Positions 40,225 through 49,929 of a stretch of 64,000 bases of DNA are shown piece by piece. The stretch comes from Pseudomonadota bacterium (GTDB taxonomy: Bacteria; Pseudomonadota; Alphaproteobacteria; Rhodobacterales; Rhodobacteraceae). The number at the start of each line of letters is the position of its first letter. The first letter of the stretch is position 1. The notes under the pieces are model-generated. The model made no database searches, was not told the origin of the DNA, and saw nothing but the letters and a program-made list of their open reading frames with translations. Where the stretch lies: positions 35,587-99,586 of the forward strand of contig JBCCHJ010000013.1 of the NCBI GenBank assembly GCA_039028795.1, read 5' to 3'. The translations under genes and the position numbers were made by a program.

Positions 40225-40779
40225 ATGCAGGCAGATGTCGAACGAATTCTAAGTTATTGGTTGGACGAAGTCGGACCTGACGGGTGGTACCAGTCATCAG
40301 AAGCCGCGGATTTGCGGATCCGGTCAGATTTTCTGGATCTTTGGCAACAGGGTGCGGATGGTGAGTTGGACCATTGGATAACGTCAACCGATGGTGCGCT
40401 CGCGCTCTTGATTTTGCTGGACCAATTCCCGCGGAACATGTTTCGTGGTGACGCGGACGCGTTCCGGTCCGACCCGGCGGCGCTGCGGCTGGCCAAGCAG
40501 GCGATCAGCCGGGGGCACGACCGGAAGACGGCAGAGCCCCAGCGCCAGTTTTTCTACCTTCCCTTGATGCATTCCGAGAAACTCGCCGACCAAGAGCGCT
40601 GCGTGCGCATGCTGATGCTGGGCATGCCGGAATGCGGCGGCGAGAACATCGAACATGCCGTCAAACACCGAGAAGTGATCAGAAAGTTTGGCCGCTTCCC
40701 CAGCCGGAATGCGGCCCTGGGTCGAACAGACAGCGATGCCGAATTGGCTTATCGCGCCGAAGGCGGCTACATGAGTTGA
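40225..40779 (+). CDS. DUF924 family protein
   Basis: LDQFPRNMFRG, FFYLPLMHSE, KFGRFPSRN. Confidence 0.9.
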   Translation: MQADVERILSYWLDEVGPDGWYQSSEAADLRIRSDFLDLWQQGADGELDHWITSTDGALALLILLDQFPRNMFRGDADAFRSDPAALRLAKQAISRGHDRKTAEPQRQFFYLPLMHSEKLADQERCVRMLMLGMPECGGENIEHAVKHREVIRKFGRFPSRNAALGRTDSDAELAYRAEGGYMS

Positions 40780-40837
40780 CAGGGCCTTAAACGGCCCACA
40801 CATCTGCCTTCGAACGAAAGATTGATCGGAGGCAGAG

Positions 40838-41470
40838 ATGGAAGCTCAATTTTGGCATAAACGCTGGGAAAAAGACGAGCTTGGCTTTGACCAGCCCCAG
40901 CCTAATGCTTTGATGGTGTCGCATTTCCAGGCACTTGGCCTTGCAAAAGGCGCCCGCGTCTTCGTTCCCCTTTGCGGCAAAACCATCGACATCAAATGGC
41001 TTCTGGATCAGGGCATGCACGTTGCCGGGGCCGAACTCAGTGAAATCGCCGTCAGCGATCTCTTCAAACTGCTGGGGATCGAGCCCACGATCACAGACGC
41101 TGGCAGTTTGAAACACTACCATGCCGATGGGATCGACATCTGGGCTGGCGACATTTTTGATCTCGACGCGGAAACGCTCGGACCTGTTGACGCCACCTAT
41201 GACCGCGCGGCCGTCGTGGCCTTGCCGGAAGGCATGCGGGATCGCTATGTCGCCCATGTCGCCGCAATCACCGGGCAAACGCAGCAGTTGACGATCACGT
41301 TCGACTACGACCAATCCGTCATGGACGGTCCGCCGTTTTCAGTGCCATCTGCCTCGGTGCATGGCCTCTATGATGATCTTTACACTGTGACGGAACTGAC
41401 CCGCGCCAATGTCGAGGGAAAGTTGAAAGGACAGGCCGTCGCTGATGAGATCATCTGGCTGATGCGATGA
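40838..41470 (+). CDS. tpm: Thiopurine S-methyltransferase
   Basis: FWHKRW, VFVPLCGKTID, YDRAA. Confidence 0.93.
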   Translation: MEAQFWHKRWEKDELGFDQPQPNALMVSHFQALGLAKGARVFVPLCGKTIDIKWLLDQGMHVAGAELSEIAVSDLFKLLGIEPTITDAGSLKHYHADGIDIWAGDIFDLDAETLGPVDATYDRAAVVALPEGMRDRYVAHVAAITGQTQQLTITFDYDQSVMDGPPFSVPSASVHGLYDDLYTVTELTRANVEGKLKGQAVADEIIWLMR

Positions 41471-41486
41471 TTTTTTGAGGTTAACA

Positions 41487-41855
41487 ATGACACGATCCTT
41501 CAATGAAGAACGCGTGCGGGCAGCACTAGATCAAGCATGGTCTGCTGAATCCGCAATCCAGTGGTCCGAAGAAAACCCCGCCAACGGTCAGTGCAATGTA
41601 ACGGCCGCAGTGATCCACGACATCTTCGGTGCGGACGTCCTGCGCACGCGCTACCCAGGGTTTTGGCACTATTACAACCAAATCGATGGAAAACGGATGG
41701 ACCTGACCGACAGTCAGTTCACCCGGCCGAACGCGCGCTTCGACCCTCCCGAACAGTATGAAGATGTCGAAACCACGCGGGACGCTGCGATGGAGGGCAT
41801 CCCACAACGGGAATACGATGCGCTAAAGACAGCACTTTTACCACTTTTGGACTGA
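41487..41855 (+). CDS. YunG-like hypothetical protein
   Basis: AWSAES..W..ENPANGQCNVTA, HYYN..DGKRMDLTDSQF. Confidence 0.75.
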   Translation: MTRSFNEERVRAALDQAWSAESAIQWSEENPANGQCNVTAAVIHDIFGADVLRTRYPGFWHYYNQIDGKRMDLTDSQFTRPNARFDPPEQYEDVETTRDAAMEGIPQREYDALKTALLPLLD

Positions 41856-41990
41856 TCCGATCAGGGAAATGATCAGCACGATCGTGCCACTCCCGCGATG
41901 AAGTGCAGCATAATCTTGCGCCAGAGGTGTTTGCATATCCTGTGACAGGACAATAATTTCCCATCAACATTAGGCGCAGGAGGCCCGAAC

Positions 41991-43379
41991 ATGTCCACCT
42001 ATGATGTCGTTGTGATCGGAGCAGGCCCAGGCGGATATGTCGCCGCCATCAGGGCGGCGCAACTGGGCCTGAAGGCAGCCATCGTAGAGCGCGAGCATCT
42101 GGGCGGCATCTGCCTGAATTGGGGCTGTATCCCGACCAAAGCGATGCTGCGGTCCTCGGAAATCTTCCATTTGATGGAACGCGCCGAGGATTTCGGCCTG
42201 AAGACCGACGGCATCGGCTACGATCTGGACGCCGTGGTGAAGCGGTCGCGCACCGTTGCAGGGCAGTTGAATTCGGGTGTCGGTCACTTGCTGAAGAAGA
42301 ACAAGGTCGACACGATCATGGGCGAGGCCTCGATCCCCGCCAAAGGCAAGGTTTCTGTCAAAGGTGACAAACCCGCCGAACTCAGCGCAAAGAACATCAT
42401 CATCGCCACGGGCGCGCGGGCGCGCGAGTTGCCAGGGCTAGAGGCCGACGGTGATCTGGTCTGGACCTATAAGCACGCGCTGGTCCCGCCCCGGATGCCG
42501 AAAAAGCTGCTGGTCATCGGATCCGGCGCCATCGGGATCGAATTCGCGTCGTTCTACAACACGCTGGGGGCAGAGACGACGGTGGTCGAGGTCATGGACC
42601 GCATTCTGCCCGTCGAGGACGCGGAAATCAGCCTCTTCGCCAAGAAGTCCTTCGAAAAGCAGGGCATGAAGATCATGGAAAAAGCCATGGTCAAAAAGCT
42701 GGACCGCAAGGCCCCGACCGTGACCGCGCATATCGAGGTCGGCGGCAAGGTTGAAACCCACGACTTCGACACGGTCATCTCGGCCGTTGGTATCGTCGGC
42801 AATACCGAGGGGCTGGGGCTGGAGAAGCTGGGCATCAAAGTCGACCGCACCCATGTGACCACCGATCCGTTCTGCCGAACCGGCGTCGAGGGCATCTACG
42901 CCATTGGTGACATCGCAGGTGCGCCCTGGCTGGCACACAAAGCCAGCCATGAAGGGGTGATGGTGGCCGAACTGATCGCAGGCAAGAACCATGTCCACGC
43001 CGTCGATCCCGACTCGATTGCGGGCTGCACCTATTGCCAGCCGCAAGTCGCTTCGGTCGGCATCACCGAAGCACAGGCCAAGGAAAAGGGTCTGAAGGTC
43101 AAGGTCGGCCGCTTCCCCTTCATTGGCAATGGCAAGGCCATCGCCTTGGGCGAGCCCGAAGGCATGATCAAAACCATCTTCGACGACAAAACCGGCGAGC
43201 TTTTGGGCGCCCATATGGTCGGCGCCGAGGTCACCGAGCTGATCCAGGGCTATGTCGTAGGCCGCCAGCTCGAAACCACCGAGGAAGACCTGATGCACAC
43301 GGTCTTCCCGCACCCGACGCTGTCAGAGATGATGCACGAAAGCGTTCTGGATGCCTATGGTCGGGCGATTCACTTCTGA
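41991..43379 (+). CDS. lpdA: Dihydrolipoyl dehydrogenase
   Basis: GAGPGGY, GGICLNWGCIPTK, GSGAIG, HPTLSE. Confidence 0.97.
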   Translation: MSTYDVVVIGAGPGGYVAAIRAAQLGLKAAIVEREHLGGICLNWGCIPTKAMLRSSEIFHLMERAEDFGLKTDGIGYDLDAVVKRSRTVAGQLNSGVGHLLKKNKVDTIMGEASIPAKGKVSVKGDKPAELSAKNIIIATGARARELPGLEADGDLVWTYKHALVPPRMPKKLLVIGSGAIGIEFASFYNTLGAETTVVEVMDRILPVEDAEISLFAKKSFEKQGMKIMEKAMVKKLDRKAPTVTAHIEVGGKVETHDFDTVISAVGIVGNTEGLGLEKLGIKVDRTHVTTDPFCRTGVEGIYAIGDIAGAPWLAHKASHEGVMVAELIAGKNHVHAVDPDSIAGCTYCQPQVASVGITEAQAKEKGLKVKVGRFPFIGNGKAIALGEPEGMIKTIFDDKTGELLGAHMVGAEVTELIQGYVVGRQLETTEEDLMHTVFPHPTLSEMMHESVLDAYGRAIHF

Positions 43380-43392
43380 TCCGGGAAACAGG

Positions 43393-43842
43393 ATGCGGCA
43401 CTTTGCAGCCCTTGCGGTCGGGCTTTTCACTGCTGTCGGAGCGGCCAAGGCCCAATCCTGCATCGCCTTTGAAGATGCAATCCAGCAGGCCAGTGCGAAC
43501 TTCGAAGACAGCCCCCAGAACCTACCGGTCATCGAAGGTGCAAGCCCTACCACATGCGATGTTGCGACGTCTCTGGACGGAACCCGCATTTATCATTGCC
43601 GCTGGGACCACAGCTATCGCGCGCCCGAGGCGATCTTCCAGATGGCGAAGATGAATACAGAAATTGAACGTTGCCTTGGCATTGCTTCGCGCAAGATCGA
43701 GGATGGTGTGAACCACCCCGACACCTATGAACAGAGGCTTTACCGCCTCGGCGACATTAACATTTCTTTGTCGCTGAAAGATAAAGCCGCGTTCAACCAA
43801 AGCTTCGTGTCGCTGCAGATTTCGGGTGTTAACTCCAAATAA
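43393..43842 (+). CDS. Secreted hypothetical protein
   Basis: Signal peptide ending AKA; four Cys; CAGG RBS. Confidence 0.65.
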   Translation: MRHFAALAVGLFTAVGAAKAQSCIAFEDAIQQASANFEDSPQNLPVIEGASPTTCDVATSLDGTRIYHCRWDHSYRAPEAIFQMAKMNTEIERCLGIASRKIEDGVNHPDTYEQRLYRLGDINISLSLKDKAAFNQSFVSLQISGVNSK

Positions 43843-43973
43843 CTCCGCTGCTTCATCTTTCCCCAAATACGCCATTCGAAACGGATCAGGTCATCCATAA
43901 TGTTTGGATTCGTGAGACCCCGCCCAGTCTGTTAAAATCTCAGAACTCTCGGCGCTATTCAGGAAGCCTCCCC

Positions 43974-44468
43974 ATGAGTTTCTGTCGCTTCTTCGCCCTC
44001 GCCATGCTGGTCGCAACGACTACAGGTGCGAGCAATGTGAAGGCCGAGGACTGGCGGTTTTCCGAGTTTGACAATATCAACCAGGCGATCCTGGCAGCCC
44101 GGTCAACGTTGGACCTTTTCTGGCAGGTCGCCTCGCTGGAACCGTGCGGATGCTCGGGCGTCGTGCTGGCGATCAAGCTGCCCTGGGAAGGAAAAGTCGT
44201 TGACGTCGACATTGTGGATGTCCGGCGCCTTGGTCCTGGCCACGCCGAAGGCAAGGTGCGCTACGCGGATGTTATGGAAGTGCCGGAACTTGCAGATGTG
44301 GTGGTCCAATTCACCGATGATGATATCGTCGACTGGGGCTTTGGACGGGACGGCCAGTGGTACGGCCTGTTCCAGTTTCAGGCGATCCAGGCCGGGGCAA
44401 AGGTAATCCCGGCGGCGGAAATGGAAGCAGCCCAGCGCGATAAGTTCAAGGCAATAACCCTGCCCTGA
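43974..44468 (+). CDS. Secreted hypothetical protein (DUF2314/YegJ-like)
   Basis: Signal peptide; AILAARSTLDLF, IVDW motif. Confidence 0.6.
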   Translation: MSFCRFFALAMLVATTTGASNVKAEDWRFSEFDNINQAILAARSTLDLFWQVASLEPCGCSGVVLAIKLPWEGKVVDVDIVDVRRLGPGHAEGKVRYADVMEVPELADVVVQFTDDDIVDWGFGRDGQWYGLFQFQAIQAGAKVIPAAEMEAAQRDKFKAITLP

Positions 44469-44556
44469 TCCGCGCAATCACCGTACCAGCTGATCAGAAA
44501 ACCGCTTGAAGTCTCGTCCGAATTCGGTGCCTATTTCATTAAAAAAGGAGAGTGCG

Positions 44557-45333
44557 GTGCCGGACGACATTTACGACAACCAGCATATCGGATTCCTGGA
44601 AGAACTGTGGGGTAAGGGATTCCTGTCTCCAGGCGGCCCGGAAGAGGTGGGCTGCGTGCTGACCGGGATCGATGTGGCCGGAAAACATGTGCTGGACATC
44701 GGCTCGGGTTCAGGGGCATGCGCGGCCCTACTGGCATCGGATCACGGTGCAGCACGCGTGATTGGCATCGACGTTGAGGACACGGTCTGCGCAGCGGCGA
44801 CCAAGCGGGTAGCGGAAGAAGGCGTTGCTGATAAAGTCGAAATCCGGCGGGTCGAACCAGGCCCATTTCCGTTCGAAGATGCCAGCTTTGATTTGGTATT
44901 TTCAAAAGACTCGATCATCCACATTCCCGACAAGGTCGCGCTAGCAAAAGAATCCTTCCGCGTTCTGAAATCCGGCTGCTGGTTCGCTGCATCAGACTGG
45001 CTGATCAGCCATGACGGCCCCCCTTCTGATGAGATGGCGGCCTACATCGAACAAGAAGGCCTCAGTTTCGCAATGGCATCACCTGATGCATATGCTAGCG
45101 CCATGGAACAAAGCGGCTTCGTCGACATCGAATTGGTGAACCGCAACCCTTGGTACTTCGAAGTCGCCGCCAACGAATTGGAGTGGCTGCAGGGCCCGGT
45201 CCGATCCGGCCTATCAGAACGCCACGGCAAAGACTTCATCGACCACCAGATTCAAACCTGGAAGATGATGCTGGGCGTCCTGAAAAGCGGAGAGCATTGC
45301 CCCCACCATGTTAGGGGCCGCAAGCCGATGTAA
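44557..45333 (+). CDS. Class I SAM-dependent methyltransferase (phosphoethanolamine/sarcosine N-methyltransferase-like)
   Basis: LWGKGFLSPGG, VLDIGSGSG, FSKDSIIHIPDK; GGAGAG RBS before GTG. Confidence 0.85.
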   Translation: MPDDIYDNQHIGFLEELWGKGFLSPGGPEEVGCVLTGIDVAGKHVLDIGSGSGACAALLASDHGAARVIGIDVEDTVCAAATKRVAEEGVADKVEIRRVEPGPFPFEDASFDLVFSKDSIIHIPDKVALAKESFRVLKSGCWFAASDWLISHDGPPSDEMAAYIEQEGLSFAMASPDAYASAMEQSGFVDIELVNRNPWYFEVAANELEWLQGPVRSGLSERHGKDFIDHQIQTWKMMLGVLKSGEHCPHHVRGRKPM

Positions 45334-45350
45334 GCGGAACCCGGCGCTGC

Positions 45351-45578
45351 TCACCGGCCACGTTTCAGCGACTCGCACACTACCCCGCCATCGACGAATT
45401 CGATCCCGCGGGCGGTCAATGCTAGCTCCAGTTTGTCCAGTTTGCCCACTGTGATGTCGCCTTCGCCGGATTCGAACCGTGCGATGGTGCGTTCAGACAC
45501 ACCTGAGTGATCAGCTAAATCGTGCTTTGACCACGACAAAAGCCCCCTAGCGGCGGTGATTTGCTGTCTGCGGATCAT
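45351..45578 (-). CDS. XRE-family helix-turn-helix protein
   Basis: QITAARGLLSWSKHDLADHSGVSERTIARFE. Confidence 0.85.
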   Translation of the reverse strand: MIRRQQITAARGLLSWSKHDLADHSGVSERTIARFESGEGDITVGKLDKLELALTARGIEFVDGGVVCESLKRGR

Positions 45579-45692
45579 TTTTTTGACTGCTCGTCTTCAA
45601 TTTGACACAGATACTTCCTATATGTGCCGTATAAGGCAAAAACAAGCCTAATGCAGGGAATTCCTGCCAGATAATGAGGGATTTACGCGACG

Positions 45693-46430
45693 ATGATCAA
45701 CTTTTTGCTGGAAACTGGCATGGCGCCGTTCACAGGGGCCTTGATGCTGGTAGCCGGGCTTTTGATTGTCGAACTGGTAATGAGTTTGATCGGCGGGTCG
45801 CTGATGGGCGATGCCGATGGTGCCGATGGGTTGGATGGCGCCGACGCTGACGCAGCGGTGGAATTTGACGCCGATGGGTTGGACGCTGCGGAAATCGACG
45901 CAGGCGACATCGACGGCGCCGATTTGGATGCCGAGGGGGGTGACGCGATCGAAGGGCCCGCCACCGGCGGCGGGATCGCGGCCTGGCTGGGTTTCGGCCG
46001 GGTTCCCTTCATTCTTTGGCTAGCAGGCTTGCTGACCGCCTTTGGCTTGGTCGGCTACGGCATTCAGGCCGCCGCCTCAAGCGCTTTAGGGACATTAATG
46101 CCCTGGTGGGGCGCCGCAGCATTAGCGGCGCTGCCTGCCCTGCGCTTGGGCGGCTGGTTTGCCGATACCCTTGGTCGGATGATTCCCAAAACAGAGACCA
46201 CCGCCGTTCGTCTGCGCTCGCTCGGCGATCGCCGCGGTGTAATCGCCCAGGGCACGGCCAGACGCGGCATGCCCGCACAAGCGCGCGTCAAAGATGGCCA
46301 TGGCAACATGCACTATGTACGTGTCGAGCCCGCAGATGAGGGCGTTGAAATCCCCGAAGGCACCGAAGTTCTGATCCGGGGCGGGCGAGAGCCGGTCCTG
46401 AAAGCCATTCCCATCGACGACATAAACTAA
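45693..46430 (+). CDS. yqiJ: YqiJ/NfeD-like inner membrane protein with OB-fold
   Basis: PFTGAL, acidic linker, GRVPFILWL, C-terminal AQARVKDGHGNMHYVRVEP. Confidence 0.85.
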   Translation: MINFLLETGMAPFTGALMLVAGLLIVELVMSLIGGSLMGDADGADGLDGADADAAVEFDADGLDAAEIDAGDIDGADLDAEGGDAIEGPATGGGIAAWLGFGRVPFILWLAGLLTAFGLVGYGIQAAASSALGTLMPWWGAAALAALPALRLGGWFADTLGRMIPKTETTAVRLRSLGDRRGVIAQGTARRGMPAQARVKDGHGNMHYVRVEPADEGVEIPEGTEVLIRGGREPVLKAIPIDDIN

Positions 46431-46445
46431 GGAAGGAGATACAAA

Positions 46446-48137
46446 ATGGACCTGATCGGTCTGCTGATCCCAGTAATCGCAATTATCGTTCTGCTTATGC
46501 TGATCGGCTTTGTGCTGGCCCGGCTCTACCGACGTGCAACGCGGGAAATCAGCCTGGTTAAAACCGGCTCTGGCGGGAAAAAAGTCATCATGGATGGCGG
46601 AACCATCTCAATTCCGCTGCTGCATGAAATCTCTTACGTCAACATGAAGACCTTGCGTTTAGAGGTACAGCGCTATGGAGAGGGCGCGCTGATCACAAAA
46701 GACCGGATGCGTGTCGATGTCGGCGTCGAATTCTATGTCAGCGTCAATGCCACCGAAGACGGCGTCGCCCGCGCCGCCCAGACGCTGGGCGACCGGACTT
46801 TCCATGTGGATCAGTTGCGCGAGATGATCGAGGGTAAGCTGGTCGACGGTTTGCGGGCGGTGGCCGCTCAGATGACGATGGATGAGTTGCATGAGAACCG
46901 ATCGGACTTTGTTCAGGTCGTGCAGAACACGGTCTCTGAAGACCTGCTAAAGAACGGGCTGGAACTTGAATCGGTTTCGCTGACCGCACTCGACCAGACA
47001 CCGTTCGAGGCACTGGACGAAAACAACGCCTTCAACGCAGTCGGCATGCGCAAACTGGCCGAGGTGATTGCAAAATCCAAGAAAGAGCGCGCCGAAATCG
47101 AAGCAGAAGCCGGTGTCGCCGTCTCTCAGGCTGCGATGGTGGCTGAAAAGCGCAAGCTGGAAATCGCCCGCGAAGAGGAACAGGCACGCATCGCTCAGAT
47201 CCAGGAAATCGAAACACTGCGCGCCGCCCAATCTGCCGAGATTGCGGCCCGCCAGGCCGAAGGGGAACGCGCATCTGAAAAGGCCCGGATCGACAAGGAA
47301 CGCCAGATCCGCGCCGCGGATATCGAGCGGGAGCAAGCCATCCGTGCCGCCGAAATTGCCAAGGAACGCGAAATTGAGGTGGCCGATCAGGAACGGGCGA
47401 TCATCATCGCGCAGAAGTCGGAGGAAGAAAGCCGGGCACGTGCTTCTGCAGATGAGGCCCGCGCCGAGGCGACAAAAGCAGCCGAGGCCATCACCACTGC
47501 CCGCCAAGTGGCAGAGGCCGAGCGGGTCAAACAGGTTGCCCTGATCGAAGCGGAGCGCGAGGCCGAGCGGCTCGCCACCCGGGTCCGCGTCGAGGCCGAG
47601 GCGGAAAAAGAAGCCGCCTCTGACCGTGCCGAAGCCCGCCGCGAAGAGGCCCAGGCCGAGGCAGATGCGATCACCATCAAGGCCGAGGCGAAGAAGCAAG
47701 ACCTGTTGGCAGAAGCCGAAGGCCAGGCGGCGATCGTCGGGGCAGAGAACGCGCTGGATCAGGCGATCATCAATATGAAGGTCGATATCGCCCGGTTAGA
47801 GACGATGCCGAAACTGGCCGCAGAACTGGTCCGCCCGGCCGAGAAGATCGACAGCATCCGCATTCACCAGATGTCAGGTTTGGGCGGTGCCGGCGGCACG
47901 GGTGGCGAAGGCAGCGGGTCCGACAAGCCAGTGGTCAACCAGGCACTGGACTCGATCCTCGGCATGGCCGTGCAATTGCCCGCCATGAAGAAGATCGGCG
48001 AGGAACTGGGCCTATCCCTGGAGGACGGTTTGACCACTGCCAGCAAGGGCAACGGTAAAGCGGTTGCAGCGGAAGAAACCCCTGCCCTTGAAGAAGCGCC
48101 AGAGGGCGATGCGCCAAAACCAGAACCTTTGAATTGA
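46446..48137 (+). CDS. yqiK: Flotillin family protein
   Basis: SPFH domain (ITKDRMRVDV, NGLELESVSLT), Ala/Glu coiled coil, AEKIDSIRI. Confidence 0.93.
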   Translation: MDLIGLLIPVIAIIVLLMLIGFVLARLYRRATREISLVKTGSGGKKVIMDGGTISIPLLHEISYVNMKTLRLEVQRYGEGALITKDRMRVDVGVEFYVSVNATEDGVARAAQTLGDRTFHVDQLREMIEGKLVDGLRAVAAQMTMDELHENRSDFVQVVQNTVSEDLLKNGLELESVSLTALDQTPFEALDENNAFNAVGMRKLAEVIAKSKKERAEIEAEAGVAVSQAAMVAEKRKLEIAREEEQARIAQIQEIETLRAAQSAEIAARQAEGERASEKARIDKERQIRAADIEREQAIRAAEIAKEREIEVADQERAIIIAQKSEEESRARASADEARAEATKAAEAITTARQVAEAERVKQVALIEAEREAERLATRVRVEAEAEKEAASDRAEARREEAQAEADAITIKAEAKKQDLLAEAEGQAAIVGAENALDQAIINMKVDIARLETMPKLAAELVRPAEKIDSIRIHQMSGLGGAGGTGGEGSGSDKPVVNQALDSILGMAVQLPAMKKIGEELGLSLEDGLTTASKGNGKAVAAEETPALEEAPEGDAPKPEPLN

Positions 48138-48158
48138 TCACGGCCTAAGATGCAAACG

Positions 48159-48182
48159 ACGGGCCCTGCGGGGCCCGTTTTC
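48159..48182 (+). terminator. Rho-independent terminator after flotillin
   Basis: ACGGGCCC-TGCG-GGGCCCGT-TTT. Confidence 0.8.
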
Positions 48183-48260
48183 ATTCAGCTCAATCCACCC
48201 GACATAGTTGTGCCAAACTTCCCCCGCAGCATCCCGGTGATAAGCAGAGGGAGATTTCAC

Positions 48261-49466
48261 ATGTTCCGTATGACCGTTTCCATATTCCTGGCCGCAACGC
48301 TCAGCGCCCATGCCGGCAGCTTGGATGAACTGTTGGCGAACCCAGACGATCCCCCCGCGAACAGCTTGCGCAACCAGATGGCGGACCTTTTCGATGCGCG
48401 TCAACATCCAGATCTGCCGGATCGGATTGATTACGATTTGACGTTCGATGCCCAGACAGAGGATGAAGCACGGGCCGAGCATCTGACCTTTATGGGCCGG
48501 GAGGCGTTTCGGACGGACCGGCCGACGCGAGCCCGGATCCTCTTCGAAGAGGCAGCAAAGCTGGGATCTGCACCGGCTTATGCGAATCTTGGATGGATGC
48601 ATCTGAGCGGCGCTGGTCAACTGACGCATGATTACCGCAGATCAATAGAGATGCTCCGTCGCGCTGCCGAAAGCGGAAATCCCCGCATTCTGACGATGTT
48701 TGCTGCGGCGCTGCTCAACAGTCCGAACATTGCCGAAAAGCCCGAGCTTCGAGCTAAGGGCATGAGTTTGCTGGAAACCGCGTCATACCTTGGCGATCTC
48801 AGGGCCAGCTTCATGCTGGCATGGCAAAGCTTCGCGAAGGAGCCGAAGGACATGGAACGTTTCGAGGCGGCCGTCCAACGCGTTTGGGAGGGCGGAGAGA
48901 GCAAGTATCGACTGGAAATCGTGAAGCTGTTCATGAACCAATCAGGGACCCAAGACCACGCCCGGACAAGGCGGATGCTGGAGGAGATTGGCTCGGACGG
49001 TCATGCCTACATATGGAAATACTATCGCGACGGTTTAGGTGGATCGAAAGATGTCGAGAAAGCCGCTCAGGCGCTTCTCAGCAGTCGAATAGGAGACTTG
49101 GAAGGCTTTTCCCCAACGGTTTGGACCCCACCCGATCCAAAGGACTATTCACCGGAATTCAATACAGAGCTGAAGAAAGTCCTGAACAGGGCCGGTTTGT
49201 TCGATGGTCCGATTGATGGACAGAGCACCAAAGAGTTTCGACGCGCACTGGTGATGTATCCGTTTCAAGCCAAGCACTTTCATATGAATTCGATTTACGA
49301 AGACTTTGGACACCCAAGGTTGGAGGAGCTAGTTCGCGATTTGATCATCGATGAAAGGCTACTTAGAACCATCACCGAAGACAGGCATAAAGCCTGGCCC
49401 AGGGAAAGGATCGCCGCAACGACTGAGAAGATCGAAAAGCTGCGTGCCGAACTGAGTTTGGACTAG
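48261..49466 (+). CDS. Secreted Sel1-like repeat protein with peptidoglycan-binding-like domain
   Basis: Signal peptide (AHA), AYANLGWMHLSG, YYRDGLGGSKDVEKA, LNRAGLFDGPIDG. Confidence 0.8.
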   Translation: MFRMTVSIFLAATLSAHAGSLDELLANPDDPPANSLRNQMADLFDARQHPDLPDRIDYDLTFDAQTEDEARAEHLTFMGREAFRTDRPTRARILFEEAAKLGSAPAYANLGWMHLSGAGQLTHDYRRSIEMLRRAAESGNPRILTMFAAALLNSPNIAEKPELRAKGMSLLETASYLGDLRASFMLAWQSFAKEPKDMERFEAAVQRVWEGGESKYRLEIVKLFMNQSGTQDHARTRRMLEEIGSDGHAYIWKYYRDGLGGSKDVEKAAQALLSSRIGDLEGFSPTVWTPPDPKDYSPEFNTELKKVLNRAGLFDGPIDGQSTKEFRRALVMYPFQAKHFHMNSIYEDFGHPRLEELVRDLIIDERLLRTITEDRHKAWPRERIAATTEKIEKLRAELSLD

Positions 49467-49572
49467 GATCGCACCTGCCGACCCCGATCGCGACCGCGAA
49501 TTGCGCCGGAACTGGACCTTCGGCCCGTTCGCTTGTTAGGATTGCAACCTCGAGCAGAACGGGAGAGCTCTG

Positions 49573-49854
49573 ATGACACCCAAGATCATATGCCTCGCCG
49601 CCCTTACCGCCATGATGGTGACAGCCTGTACCGGAGAGTCTAGCGAACGCAGCCTGGGCCCGGCCTGCCGCGATGGATTGGCCGCCGGAAATCAAGAGCT
49701 AAAGGATGCGAAGGCGCGTGGCTTGTCCGGCGCCGTCGGCTGGACCAAAGCTGCCAGCCTGCTCGCTGCCGCCAAGCTTCAACAGCAGTTCGAGGAATAT
49801 CAGAACTGCGTGGTCAAAGTTCGCGAAGCCCGGGGCTACATTAGGGAGCTTTGA
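49573..49854 (+). CDS. Small lipoprotein
   Basis: Lipobox-like MVTAC, helical body with a further Cys pair; GGGAG RBS. Confidence 0.75.
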   Translation: MTPKIICLAALTAMMVTACTGESSERSLGPACRDGLAAGNQELKDAKARGLSGAVGWTKAASLLAAAKLQQQFEEYQNCVVKVREARGYIREL

Positions 49855-49898
49855 TCTCGTGATTTAATTTGTCAAAGGCATCTGACCACGATAGACGA

Positions 49899-49929
49899 TT
49901 GCGTCAACATTGCTGACATGTTATACAAT
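49899..49929 (+). promoter_or_regulatory. Candidate promoter for the tRNA cluster
   Basis: TTGCGT-17 nt-TATACA with a TGn extension (overlapping TACAAT) in an AT-rich stretch. Confidence 0.45.
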
